Source of the DNA: a virus
Reading direction: 5' to 3' (one strand)
Length of the DNA stretch: 64,000 bases
IMG/VR virus record: IMGVR_UViG_3300020473_000016
Under the pieces are notes generated by a model. The model was given only the letters and a program-made list of their open reading frames with translations, did not search any database and had not been told where the DNA came from. Within the stretch, counting starts at the first letter, position 1. Each line of letters begins with the position of its first letter. Of the stretch, positions 44,167 through 54,249 are shown in pieces. Both the position numbers and the translations under genes were made by a program.

Positions 44167-47100
44167 TTATGTGATAACGATCTGTCCTACCAAATTAGAA
44201 TCAACTCTACATTGATAGTATAATGTAGTTCCTGATAGTCCATAAGTATATAATTGAACCTGGCTATTTGTTGCCTCATTACCAATAACACCATTACCAT
44301 CACCAACAAATCCATATGTTTTTAATTGATTTACTGTTCCAATTCCAGCAGCAGTTTTTATCTGGAATGGATTGCTAGGTGCAACAACATTAAAATGTAT
44401 CACATCACCTTCGTTAATATTAATAGTTGGATCTTGTGCTCCAGTATGAGTAGTAGAACGATCAGATCCAGTAAAAACATAATGATCAGTTACAGTAGTA
44501 ACATCAAAAGTAAAAATTGTATCTTGTCTCTCATGATAGGTACGTGGTCTTGGGAATAACTGTCTGGAAGTTCCTGCTTTTGGTACTGGTACTCTCGATC
44601 CTTTTACCTCACCTATAAGTCCACTAGTAGGACGTGGATTAACTGCAAGGATGTATCTATTAGGACTATCTTTTTGACAGGTAGGATCACTAAAGTTTCC
44701 ATTCTGTCCTAGTACTCCTGGTTGTGCTGTAACTACAATCTGTCCATTCATACCAGAATGTAATGCACATTGATAATAGTATGTACCAGCAGCAGTTGCT
44801 TGCCAACTAACAACATCTTCAGCTCTATTAGAACCTTGATTAGTTGCACCAGTTACTTGATTACCTGTACCAGTACCTTGAGCCGTCTTAATATAGAGTG
44901 GATGATTATAATATGTACCAGCAGCATGTACTACAATCGTTCCACCTACACCAAGATTATTTCCAGACTGATAATAATACGTTCCTGGAACTACAGTCGT
45001 CCCTGCATTAGTATCCCATCCAGTACCACTTGTTCCACCCTGACCATACGTAGTACCTGTAGTAACTTGATCTCCAGACCCAGTAGTTGCAGCAGTTTTT
45101 ATATAGATAGGATCATTTGCTATGCTAGTAGCAGGAGAAAAATCAACAGCATCACCTACTTCCATATTGATAGTAGGATTATCACTAGGACCAAGTGATC
45201 CACCAGGATTACTATGCATTACAGTTCTATCAGAATATTGAATGGTATATGCAGTGGATAGATCCCCAGTATTAGTTGAAGGGAATGACCTACCAGCACC
45301 CCATATAATTCTTACAGCACCACTACCACCTTGAGCACCAGAACCAGATCCACCACCACCATACAGGTTAGTGGATCCATCAGATCCAGGTTCACCACTT
45401 CCAAAACATTGAACACCAGTATAGTTTCCACAACCTAAACCACTAGTACCTTCACCTAAGAGTCCTACACCACCTCCAACATATCCACCACCATATCCTC
45501 CTCCACCACCAGCTCCACCAGATCCATCATCACCTCTACCAGCAAGACCAACAACATTAGGATGTGTTGATCCATCTCCACCACCACCATCTCCACCATT
45601 TCCAGAATATCCACCAGCTCCACCACCGCCACCTTCATATCCAGTTCCTGGAACGCTTTGACCACCATCTCCACCAGCACCGCCATTACCACCACCATCA
45701 CCAGTATAAGTTCCACCAGGTTGTCCAACCTGAGTTGTTGATCCTTGTCCACCGCCACCTTTTACAGTAGATGTGTTTATAAAATATGAATCACCACCAT
45801 TATTACCTGGTACAACACCGTCAGCACCAACGACTACAGTATATGATTGTCCTGGTGTTACTGAAATATTATTCTTCCATCCAAGTCCACCACCTCCAGC
45901 AGCACCACCCTCTCCAGCAGTATTACCGTTACTACCAGCACCTCCACCACCAATTGCAACAACACAAACAGATGTCACACCAGCAGGACAAGTCCAACTA
46001 TATGATCCTGGTGTTGTATATACACTATTCTGTGGGGAAGATACTGCTGTTATTTGAGCAAACATACTACCTGTAGGAGGTTGTTGGAACTGTACAGTGT
46101 CACCTACATGCATACTAATAGTTGGATTGTTACCACTAACAGCACCATTAACATCTGTTCCACTTACAATATATGCTCCAGATCCAGTAGCATTAGTACT
46201 GAAAAAGTATGATGATTGTCCACCAGAAGGACCAACATCAAAGGTCATGTCACTTACCTTTGAATTCTTTTGTATGTAAGATAGAACATCATCATTAGTA
46301 AACCTTTCTTTATTTGTTGCTAGACATGCAGCAATACCACAGACCTGTGGTGATGCCATGCTAGTTCCACTAATAGGATAACAATACTGAGGATCTCCAC
46401 CATACTTTGTATCAGCAATACCATAGTTGAGTGTAGAACCACCACTATCCATGATAACTCCTGGTTTACCCCAACAAGAAATAATCTGAGTACCTGGAGC
46501 CCATACATCTATAGCAGGACCAAAGTTAGAGTTTGGATTTCTTTTAAAATTTTTATCATCATATATGTAACCAACACATATAACATTAGGAGAACTATTA
46601 GGACTAGATCCTCTACAAAAATATCTTGTTCCTTGAGTATTAAAAATTGCTCTATTATCCCAATCCTGATGTGTTGTTCCATCTGGGTTCTGTTGTGGAA
46701 CCATATAATAATCATTGTTTCCAGCAGCACCAATAATAACCACACCATCTTCAATAGCATCCTCTACATCTGCTTGTATAGCAGTTATGTGTGAATTTAA
46801 TCTACGTTTACTAGGAGCAAGACCAAAGTCTGCCTCTACTCCATTAATAGTCCATCCACTTGGATTAGGATTAGAAGAATTATAAGTTACACCACGCCAA
46901 ATTATTGAGTTCAAATCACCAATGTCCCATGGATCTAAAGTTGATCCATAACCCCAACTATGATTTGTTATCGTAGGATTCCTTCTACCAGTAGTAGCAT
47001 TGACTGCTTTATGCCTATGAAATGCTCTTAGATAATCAAACATAAGGTAAGTATTCATAGCAGTACCTTGACCACCAAAATTACCTAACACCTGCATACT

Positions 47101-47787
47101 ATAAATGTTTGCTTCCTTAGCCCATCCATAAGTTTTACCAGCAACAGTACCTGCCACGTGAGTACCATGATAAGTTTCATTAACAGTGTTACTAAAATAA
47201 TTGTTGTAAGGAGGACTAGGTATAGTAATACCATCATCATCAATACTAGTTACATAACTATTAAGTTCTGTATACCAATCATACTGTACATATCTACTAC
47301 TACCACTACCACCGTCCCACTCTTTCATATCAATTGATACTTGGTTGTCACATATAACTACGTCAACATGTTTACCATCATTAAAGATAGTAGCAGTTGC
47401 AGTTTTACTTTGTGTTCCATCACCACCAAACGTACCCTTATCTCTATCAGAATCAGTACCAGCACAATGCAACTTACCCCAATCATAATCTGTTGCAGTA
47501 TAGTTAGCAGCAGTTGACTTACGGAATGTACCAGTCTGTTGATGTGAAGTAATCCTTTCTAATGCAAATGGTTCAGGAGTAATACCTAACTCTTCTGGAC
47601 GTAACTCAACATCCCATACTCTAGAATCTGTTTTAATTTCTGCTGCCTGTGCCTCTGTCATCCAATAGTGTGTGTTCCTACTAATAGGACGCTTCTGATA
47701 CAAACGATATCCTTCAGAAGCCATGTCACTATAGAACCCATCTAGGTCTTCACGATTGTGAAGAGTTACGACATAGATTTTTTCCAT
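44167..47787 (-). CDS. Subtilisin-like (S8) protease fused to glycine-rich and cupredoxin-like domains
   Basis: Catalytic triad VDVVICD, HGTHVAGT and SGTSMASP, plus AAGN oxyanion motif and an N-terminal prodomain-like segment. YYYQCALHSGMNG repeat. Confidence 0.85.
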   Translation of the reverse strand: MEKIYVVTLHNREDLDGFYSDMASEGYRLYQKRPISRNTHYWMTEAQAAEIKTDSRVWDVELRPEELGITPEPFALERITSHQQTGTFRKSTAANYTATDYDWGKLHCAGTDSDRDKGTFGGDGTQSKTATATIFNDGKHVDVVICDNQVSIDMKEWDGGSGSSRYVQYDWYTELNSYVTSIDDDGITIPSPPYNNYFSNTVNETYHGTHVAGTVAGKTYGWAKEANIYSMQVLGNFGGQGTAMNTYLMFDYLRAFHRHKAVNATTGRRNPTITNHSWGYGSTLDPWDIGDLNSIIWRGVTYNSSNPNPSGWTINGVEADFGLAPSKRRLNSHITAIQADVEDAIEDGVVIIGAAGNNDYYMVPQQNPDGTTHQDWDNRAIFNTQGTRYFCRGSSPNSSPNVICVGYIYDDKNFKRNPNSNFGPAIDVWAPGTQIISCWGKPGVIMDSGGSTLNYGIADTKYGGDPQYCYPISGTSMASPQVCGIAACLATNKERFTNDDVLSYIQKNSKVSDMTFDVGPSGGQSSYFFSTNATGSGAYIVSGTDVNGAVSGNNPTISMHVGDTVQFQQPPTGSMFAQITAVSSPQNSVYTTPGSYSWTCPAGVTSVCVVAIGGGGAGSNGNTAGEGGAAGGGGLGWKNNISVTPGQSYTVVVGADGVVPGNNGGDSYFINTSTVKGGGGQGSTTQVGQPGGTYTGDGGGNGGAGGDGGQSVPGTGYEGGGGGAGGYSGNGGDGGGGDGSTHPNVVGLAGRGDDGSGGAGGGGGYGGGYVGGGVGLLGEGTSGLGCGNYTGVQCFGSGEPGSDGSTNLYGGGGSGSGAQGGSGAVRIIWGAGRSFPSTNTGDLSTAYTIQYSDRTVMHSNPGGSLGPSDNPTINMEVGDAVDFSPATSIANDPIYIKTAATTGSGDQVTTGTTYGQGGTSGTGWDTNAGTTVVPGTYYYQSGNNLGVGGTIVVHAAGTYYNHPLYIKTAQGTGTGNQVTGATNQGSNRAEDVVSWQATAAGTYYYQCALHSGMNGQIVVTAQPGVLGQNGNFSDPTCQKDSPNRYILAVNPRPTSGLIGEVKGSRVPVPKAGTSRQLFPRPRTYHERQDTIFTFDVTTVTDHYVFTGSDRSTTHTGAQDPTININEGDVIHFNVVAPSNPFQIKTAAGIGTVNQLKTYGFVGDGNGVIGNEATNSQVQLYTYGLSGTTLYYQCRVDSNLVGQIVIT

Positions 47788-47789
47788 CT

Positions 47790-50129
47790 TTAAGCCTCTA
47801 GTTTGATTACTGTCATACCAACTGTTATTGTAGTAGTACCACCACTCTTATTAACTACCCTCAAATACATGTTTGTAGAAGGTGTTCCATCATTATTCCA
47901 TCCTATAGTTCCTGGTGTAATGATCTGTTTCTGGTTAGCTGATGTTGTAATTACCTCAGCAATAACACCTGATCCTGGTAATGGATCTGTGTTCTCACTT
48001 CTACCTGCATCAGCTGCTCTAGCTGTAGCGTCAGTATAAACCGTGACCCATGCAGCAGCAGATAATTCAATAGCAAGTAAAGCATATGATTTATATCCAA
48101 CAACAGTAATATTATCAGTTGTACCATCAGAAAGACTAACAGTTGTAGCAGTATAAGTTTGTCTCGTAGATAGACCACTAGTAGAAGCAACTTGCCAAGA
48201 TCCATCACCTCTCAGGTAGGTGGTAGCATCAGCAGTTCCAGTTCCAAGTCTTGCCGTTGGAACTGTTCCAGAAGCTAGATTACTTGCATTTAAGTTAGTT
48301 AAATTTGTAGCAGAGAATGTAGGAGTACTAGTCCAAGATGGTACTACACCAGATCCCCCTGATACTAAAACCTCATTAGCATTACCAGCTGGTAAGATAT
48401 CAGTGTCATTATTCGCAGCTTGATATAATAATCTTGCTGTAGCATTGATTGATAAATCACCTGCTGTTGTAGCAGTATCAGCATTACCAGTTAAGTCACC
48501 AACAAATCCACCAGTAGCAGTAACTGTTGAATCAGTAGCAAATGTACCAGCACCATCTATAGTCAAACATGATAGATCATTAAAGTTTCCTATCTGAAGT
48601 GCGTTTATACCAGTTCCATTACTATTAGGTCCATCTGCTCTACATACTGCTACTCCAGTATTTTGAAATGTCCAACCAAGAGTTGTAGTACCAGCATAAT
48701 GTCCAAATTCAGTAGGGAAATAACCACTTGTTTCAGTGATAGAAGTTTTAGTTACTCCACCACCAGAACCAGCGATACTAAAACCATTTAGATCTAATGC
48801 ACCACCAAGTTGAGGTGAGGTATCTTCTACAATATTAGATAGATATCCAGCAACACTATGATCACCCCAACCATATGCATTGTCCCAATTAGTAATCTTT
48901 GCATTAGTAACATTACCAGCATCACCTAGTGATGTTAAGTATCCACCCTGCGAATGATCACCCCAACCATATGCTGTGTTCCAATTGGTTGAGTTACCAG
49001 CACTAGCAGTAACAGATCCAGCAACAGTAATACCTGTAGAAGTTGTGGTTATACGAGCAGAATCATTGTGATATATTATAGTGTTTGTAGCATTTGCTTT
49101 TACAAACTTAGTAGCACCAGAGTTTAATCCAATATCAGGACTACTAATGGTTAGACCAGTAGAAGTGTCTGTAATTGTTGATGTATCTGTGCTATTAGTA
49201 TATGCTATTTGTAGATCATCATCAGTTCCCAACTTGATGATCTTATCATCAACCATCTCTAAATGTTGATTGACATTAATGTCAGCATCAAAACTAACAG
49301 AAACATTAAAGGTAGGTGATCCTGAGTTTACAACTGCACCTCTAGTAATTACAGACTGTAATGTATCTACTTCAGCAGTAATGAATGAAGTAAGATCAGC
49401 AGGTGCAAATGTGAATACACCAGTTCCATTATTATATGACAACGATCCACCACCTGATGCAGCACCAGTAGAAGTAGAAAGATCTGTTAATGCTATACCA
49501 CTACCACCTGATGAAGTAAGATCAGTTCCAGGTTCCCATTCACTATTTGCATTGTTCCATTTAAGAACTTGTCCATCACTAGGTGCGTTGGAAGATACAT
49601 TTGATAAACCACTAAGAGCAAGAGCAGGTATTGAAGTTACGTAACCAGCACTAGCATGATTACCCCAACCATATGCTGTATCCCAGTTAGTAATCTTTGC
49701 AGTAGTAACACCAGCAGCAGCACCAAGTGATGTTAAGTATCCACTAAGGTCTGGTGGAGTGTATGTAAATTCTGCGTTAGCATTATTAAGCGATAAATTA
49801 CCACCACCACTAGGAGCCGCAACCGTCACCGTAGAGATACCTGGTATCGCTGGTTTATTTTTTATAACTGCAAGTCCAGTAGTAGCATTCCAATCCGCCT
49901 GGATTTGTGCTGCTGGAATTGTAGGCTTATTAGTTAAGTCTTGATAATTTCCACTGAAAGGATTTGTCCATTGTATAGTTGTGCCAGTAGAACTCAGTAC
50001 TTGTCCTAATGTTCCAAAAGTTCCACCTGCTTGAAGTTCCTTGCCAGCAGGAATATTCAGACCTTCTTTCAGCTCTATGGGTGAGTTATCAGCGTAGTTG
50101 GCAATCTGATTTGCAAGTATTTTTGACAT
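47790..50129 (-). CDS. Fibre-like structural protein
   Basis: Three TNW..AYGWG.H...GY repeats, P..GQVLKW and PQLGG.LDLNG fibre motifs. CATAAATA upstream. Confidence 0.7.
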   Translation of the reverse strand: MSKILANQIANYADNSPIELKEGLNIPAGKELQAGGTFGTLGQVLSSTGTTIQWTNPFSGNYQDLTNKPTIPAAQIQADWNATTGLAVIKNKPAIPGISTVTVAAPSGGGNLSLNNANAEFTYTPPDLSGYLTSLGAAAGVTTAKITNWDTAYGWGNHASAGYVTSIPALALSGLSNVSSNAPSDGQVLKWNNANSEWEPGTDLTSSGGSGIALTDLSTSTGAASGGGSLSYNNGTGVFTFAPADLTSFITAEVDTLQSVITRGAVVNSGSPTFNVSVSFDADINVNQHLEMVDDKIIKLGTDDDLQIAYTNSTDTSTITDTSTGLTISSPDIGLNSGATKFVKANATNTIIYHNDSARITTTSTGITVAGSVTASAGNSTNWNTAYGWGDHSQGGYLTSLGDAGNVTNAKITNWDNAYGWGDHSVAGYLSNIVEDTSPQLGGALDLNGFSIAGSGGGVTKTSITETSGYFPTEFGHYAGTTTLGWTFQNTGVAVCRADGPNSNGTGINALQIGNFNDLSCLTIDGAGTFATDSTVTATGGFVGDLTGNADTATTAGDLSINATARLLYQAANNDTDILPAGNANEVLVSGGSGVVPSWTSTPTFSATNLTNLNASNLASGTVPTARLGTGTADATTYLRGDGSWQVASTSGLSTRQTYTATTVSLSDGTTDNITVVGYKSYALLAIELSAAAWVTVYTDATARAADAGRSENTDPLPGSGVIAEVITTSANQKQIITPGTIGWNNDGTPSTNMYLRVVNKSGGTTTITVGMTVIKLEA

Positions 50130-50171
50130 AAACTTCTAGTCCTGTAGACACTTTCTCTGAGCTAGAAGTAT

Positions 50172-50651
50172 TTATGAATAAACTAGATTACCTGCGACTA
50201 TACTACGACCATTACATTGGTTAGGTGGTACATAATGATCAACCCAACCAGGAAACATTATCATCATACCTTCTATAGGTCTTATCCTCTTACGAATCTC
50301 TCTGAATACTATAGGTGATGAACCTTCTGGTGTATTAACATAGTATACAAATGCCCAATCATTATGAATATGATTATGAAATTTTTGAAAATGTCCTTCT
50401 TGATATACCTGACCCCACAAATCTACTAACTCAGTGGGTCTATCTACTAAACTTTGTGCATACTCTGCAATTTTAACAAACTCTTCTACCTTAAAACAAT
50501 CCCACTTGGTCATCAATGCTCCTTTATCTTTGGTGACACTGTTGTCACATATAATTCTATGCAAGAGACCATTTTCTTCTCGTGCTTTTGGATATTGAAA
50601 GGCACGTATCTCTCCTAAATTTAATCCTTCATAGTCAAATAATCTATTCAT
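50172..50651 (-). CDS. 2OG-Fe(II) oxygenase (TIGR02466-like)
   Basis: WGQVY..GHFQKFHNH, VYYV..P..SSPI.F, FPGW..HYV, RSIVAGN. Likely start MNRLF. Confidence 0.8.
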   Translation of the reverse strand: MNRLFDYEGLNLGEIRAFQYPKAREENGLLHRIICDNSVTKDKGALMTKWDCFKVEEFVKIAEYAQSLVDRPTELVDLWGQVYQEGHFQKFHNHIHNDWAFVYYVNTPEGSSPIVFREIRKRIRPIEGMMIMFPGWVDHYVPPNQCNGRSIVAGNLVYS

Positions 50652-50868
50652 ATTCCCATTCAGTAATATCACCTGGAAGAATAAATTGAGACGCTGCTTT
50701 CACAGCGTCATCAAGATACTCATAAGGACCATACTCCTCACCATTATAATCATAATAAAATTCACCACATCTTTCCTCGACTGTAAAATGATTTACAACC
50801 TTATCTCCATTAACCTCTTCGATTAATCTAAAAGAACATGGATTAGGATACAGTTGGTGGTTTGTCAT
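50644..50868 (-). CDS. Hypothetical protein
   Basis: Codirectional ORF; start uncertain. Confidence 0.55.
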   Translation of the reverse strand: MTNHQLYPNPCSFRLIEEVNGDKVVNHFTVEERCGEFYYDYNGEEYGPYEYLDDAVKAASQFILPGDITEWEYE

Positions 50869-51268
50869 CGGAATCATCACTAAAAGTAATCACATCATTA
50901 GTACCCCATGCAGAAGGATCTGGTGTGAAAGTTACATTATTCTCTAAATCAGATGTGTCTATGTTTACATCACCTGTTATTAGATCATCTAATATTCCTG
51001 TGTCTGGTGTAGGGAAACTTATAACATTATCTAATGCATCCAAGTCTCCACCCAATTTGAAATCGTGCTCTGCTTTATTCCTATAGTAGTCAGATATATT
51101 ATCTACCTTTCTAATTGGAGTACATGCAAGGACATCCTTAACACTATTCAAACATTCGACAAGCATACTAAGATTCTCATCGTTTTTCTGTTCCAAAGAT
51201 TCCACAAACGCTGCACGAAGTTCTTCTTCAGCAGCAAGTAAGTGCTTTCTAATATCGTTACAAGACAT
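50843..51268 (-). CDS. Hypothetical acidic protein
   Basis: Likely start MSCNDIRK at 51268. Confidence 0.65.
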   Translation of the reverse strand: MSCNDIRKHLLAAEEELRAAFVESLEQKNDENLSMLVECLNSVKDVLACTPIRKVDNISDYYRNKAEHDFKLGGDLDALDNVISFPTPDTGILDDLITGDVNIDTSDLENNVTFTPDPSAWGTNDVITFSDDSDDKPPTVS

Positions 51269-51273
51269 ATTTT

Positions 51274-52302
51274 TTATACCATGAATGTTGTTAAAAATGC
51301 ATAACCAATTAACCAAGCACACAATCCACCAAGTACCTTATAGTATTTGCGGATAGGTGTACCAAAGTATTGCTGTCCTATCATAAGACATTTATGTGCT
51401 GGTGACAAGAGGTAACCTGAATATTCTGTAGATAAAAACCACACGAGATATTGAGGTCCAAAGACTGCTACAAGAGCAGAAGTCATACCAGCATACTTAC
51501 CTGATGAACCCATAATCCACGATGCAACTGCTGCAACAATAGAAACAGGAATAATCATAGAAGGATCTGCACCCTTAAGATATTCCATTACAGGTCCATG
51601 AATCTGTTTAACTACACCGCCAAGAGCAAGAACTACTGTTGCAATGATAGCAAACTTTCCATCAAGGTATTTACCCCAGTTCCAATCTTTACAAATGATA
51701 CTATAGTAACATGCCATAGCACCAAACCAAGGAAAGAAGAAGATTGCTCCACCTTTACCTGTTGCAAGTAAGAACCACAATGTAGCAATAAAAGGAGCCC
51801 ATCCTCTCAATGCTCTAATCCAATTGAAGTCCCTGATGTTACTTAAATCAGGTACAACTGATTGAGGATCAACCTTAGAAAATATATACCACCATGTATA
51901 TGCTAGGCATATAATAAGAGGTACTATAGTATAACTTAGGAATCCCCAATAACTTATACCCAACACTGCCATTGGTAGTGCCACTGTCTTCTCCAATGGA
52001 GACCACCAGTAGTAATGGTGTGTTGAAAGGTAATCAATTATGCCAAATGCACTTCTCTTACGCTTATCTGGTGGTGCTATTGCATCAAGAAGAGGTGCTG
52101 AGAGTGCAACTCTTCCAGGAATAGGTAATACACCACCGAAAATGCTAGTAAGAATAATAAGGATACGGTTATCCTTGACATATCTTTTTATTAAAGAGTA
52201 TACATCATCTAGTACATGATATTGACGAATAAATCCACCTAGTATCATAATACCAAAGATGTAACCCATGTAGAGTTCGTTCTTTAGTATTGCTTGTATC
52301 AT
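51274..52302 (-). CDS. Multi-pass membrane transporter (DUF401/ion-transporter superfamily-like)
   Basis: Many hydrophobic segments, GVLPIPG, and C-terminal GYLLSPAHKCL...YF resembling the DUF401 LSP.H.C motif. Confidence 0.65.
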   Translation of the reverse strand: MIQAILKNELYMGYIFGIMILGGFIRQYHVLDDVYSLIKRYVKDNRILIILTSIFGGVLPIPGRVALSAPLLDAIAPPDKRKRSAFGIIDYLSTHHYYWWSPLEKTVALPMAVLGISYWGFLSYTIVPLIICLAYTWWYIFSKVDPQSVVPDLSNIRDFNWIRALRGWAPFIATLWFLLATGKGGAIFFFPWFGAMACYYSIICKDWNWGKYLDGKFAIIATVVLALGGVVKQIHGPVMEYLKGADPSMIIPVSIVAAVASWIMGSSGKYAGMTSALVAVFGPQYLVWFLSTEYSGYLLSPAHKCLMIGQQYFGTPIRKYYKVLGGLCAWLIGYAFLTTFMV

Positions 52303-52451
52303 ATATCACAAGGGTTTTGAAATTTAGTTATATCAGTGGCAATATACTTTTCACCACTTGATTTTTTAATAAGGAAGTCTTCGCCATTCTCTATACGAAG
52401 AGTATATTTGTCTAGATCTCCTTTAAATTCTTCTTCAGTTAGTTCAATCAT
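52299..52451 (-). CDS. Small hypothetical protein
   Basis: Likely start MIELTEEE (ATGA-coupled). Confidence 0.55.
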   Translation of the reverse strand: MIELTEEEFKGDLDKYTLRIENGEDFLIKKSSGEKYIATDITKFQNPCDI

Positions 52452-52708
52452 ATTGTACAACAAATTTTTTCTTTTTGCAAGTAGTTGATTGAGTCTTGAC
52501 AACCACCCAAATGTAACCTGTCTCCGTATCCATCTAACACAACCTGTGGGAAGGTAGCACCTTCACCAAACTCTTGGTAGAATTCTTTCTCAGAAAATTG
52601 ACTACCAAGTTTATATTCAACAAATGTTAATTCTTGATGTTCCATTACTGCTACAAATTTTTCGCAATAAGGACAGTCTGGTTTAGAGTATACAATTAGA
52701 GAGATCAT
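52448..52708 (-). CDS. Glutaredoxin
   Basis: CPYC, TFPQV and LGGC motifs. Confidence 0.9.
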   Translation of the reverse strand: MISLIVYSKPDCPYCEKFVAVMEHQELTFVEYKLGSQFSEKEFYQEFGEGATFPQVVLDGYGDRLHLGGCQDSINYLQKEKICCTI

Positions 52709-53361
52709 GTTTGAGTTTTAGCCGCAAGATAATCGTTATTAAACAGTTCTAACCCTTCACGAGTTAGGACATGATCATACATCTTATCGAAGACTTTAAC
52801 AGGTATAGTACATACATTTGCACCATACTCAAAGGCTCTACCTACATCCCTGACGTTTCTAATGGAAGCAGCAAGGATTTGTGTTTCAACATCATGCCTC
52901 TTATATGTATTAGCGATGTCTTTTACAAGGCATAGACCTCCAAAAGAATTATCATCTACTCTACCTACAAAAGGAGAAACGTAGGATGCACCTGCCTTTG
53001 CAGCAAGTATTGCTTGTGATACTGAGAACACAAGAGTTACATTAGTTAATATACCATCATTGTGTAATTCATAACAAGCTTTTAATCCCTCACGTGTGCA
53101 AGGTACTTTAATTGTAACATTATCACTGAGAGAAATGTATGGTTGTGCTTGTTCTACCATCTCTTCAGCAGTCTCAGCAACTACCTCAGCAGAGATGGAC
53201 TCAAGGTTAGGACATGCTTGATAGATCTCTTCGATCACATCACTCTGTTGCCTTCCTGACCTGAGTATAAGAGTGGGGTTAGTGGTGACACCATCAACCA
53301 GACCAGTCTTGTATCCATCAACAATTTGATCCACCTCAGCGGTATCTAAAAATATTTTCAT
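52705..53361 (-). CDS. talC: Transaldolase (TalC type)
   Basis: IFLDTA, GVTTNPTL, TIKVP, NVTLVFS..QA.LAAKAGA.YVSPFVGR.DD and ILAAS.R. Confidence 0.95.
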   Translation of the reverse strand: MKIFLDTAEVDQIVDGYKTGLVDGVTTNPTLILRSGRQQSDVIEEIYQACPNLESISAEVVAETAEEMVEQAQPYISLSDNVTIKVPCTREGLKACYELHNDGILTNVTLVFSVSQAILAAKAGASYVSPFVGRVDDNSFGGLCLVKDIANTYKRHDVETQILAASIRNVRDVGRAFEYGANVCTIPVKVFDKMYDHVLTREGLELFNNDYLAAKTQT

Positions 53362-53570
53362 GGTTTTGTATTAAGAGGTTCCATTTTCAGGAACTGTTCA
53401 TTCAAATTATAAAACAATTTATAGTTGGTTGTATTAACCCAGTAGCCAATGATGTCCGAACCATCACAGTTGTAACCGTAACCTGTAAGTGGTTCATTGA
53501 CACCATCAATTCTAAATGTCTTACCACCTTTTTCTAGGTAGTTGTGAAATTTTTCATCCAGATTGATCAT
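53358..53570 (-). CDS. Hypothetical protein
   Basis: ATGA-coupled 70-aa ORF. Confidence 0.65.
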   Translation of the reverse strand: MINLDEKFHNYLEKGGKTFRIDGVNEPLTGYGYNCDGSDIIGYWVNTTNYKLFYNLNEQFLKMEPLNTKP

Positions 53571-53806
53571 CTCTCCTCAAATATTATTTTACGGACTTTT
53601 CTTTTACGACGAGCCTCTTGGTATTTTAGGTCATCAACAGTGAAAAGTGTTGATTTCTTAACATTATTAATAGATTCTGTTAACGTAACCAAGTTTAGAT
53701 CATTTGCAATAACATGATCATCCCTTATCGTGGTCATATTAGGACAGCCGCAGCAACCTGATCCAACAAGTTCCTTACCACATACACGGCACTTTACTTT
53801 TAACAT
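53567..53806 (-). CDS. Small Cys-rich (Zn-binding) protein
   Basis: CRVC..CCGCPN motif. Confidence 0.7.
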   Translation of the reverse strand: MLKVKCRVCGKELVGSGCCGCPNMTTIRDDHVIANDLNLVTLTESINNVKKSTLFTVDDLKYQEARRKRKVRKIIFEER

Positions 53807-54249
53807 TGTTCTTTAAAATAGTCTTTCCTGTAGTAACGTCCTAAGATATTACTATTATAATATGCAGGTGTTCCATCGCTCAATGCTTCTGAAAGGACAT
53901 TGTTGATGAATAACTGTTTAGTCTCCTCAAAATTTACTTTACCTTTGGTTGAGTGGAGCGATAAGATTTCTCGCTTAAAGATTTCTCTGCCCAATCTTTT
54001 AACATCGGACTTAAGTTCGTCAGAACTTCCGTAGTATTTTTTCCAGTCACTCTCACTCGTAACTCTCCGTTTACTTTTGCCACTTCGAGGCTTTCTACGA
54101 CTGGTAAAATATTTTCTTCCGATGTATTTTTTGCCTGTCTGGAGATTAGTAATACAGTAGACGAAACCGAACTGATCGCCAATATCGTCAGAAGTGAAAG
54201 GTTTACCCTCATATAGCCAGGGGTTTTCGTAAACTCTTTCGTCAACCAT
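53800..54249 (-). CDS. GIY-YIG-type endonuclease
   Basis: GFVYCITNL.TGKKYIGRK, W..Y.GSS..L, F.REIL and YNSNI.G. Confidence 0.8.
   Translation of the reverse strand: MVDERVYENPWLYEGKPFTSDDIGDQFGFVYCITNLQTGKKYIGRKYFTSRRKPRSGKSKRRVTSESDWKKYYGSSDELKSDVKRLGREIFKREILSLHSTKGKVNFEETKQLFINNVLSEALSDGTPAYYNSNILGRYYRKDYFKEQC

Noticed and set aside
39952-48208. Many alternative-frame and antisense ORFs in the fibre genes
   Set aside because: Low-complexity Gly/Thr/Ala codon runs keep other frames open.
48890-49745. Repeated DNA (GTAATCTTTGCA..GTGATGTTAAGTATCCAC; CCCCAACCATATGC) as a possible CRISPR or diversity-generating retroelement (DGR) repeat
   Set aside because: In-frame AYGWG.H protein repeats with irregular spacing; no cas or reverse transcriptase gene.
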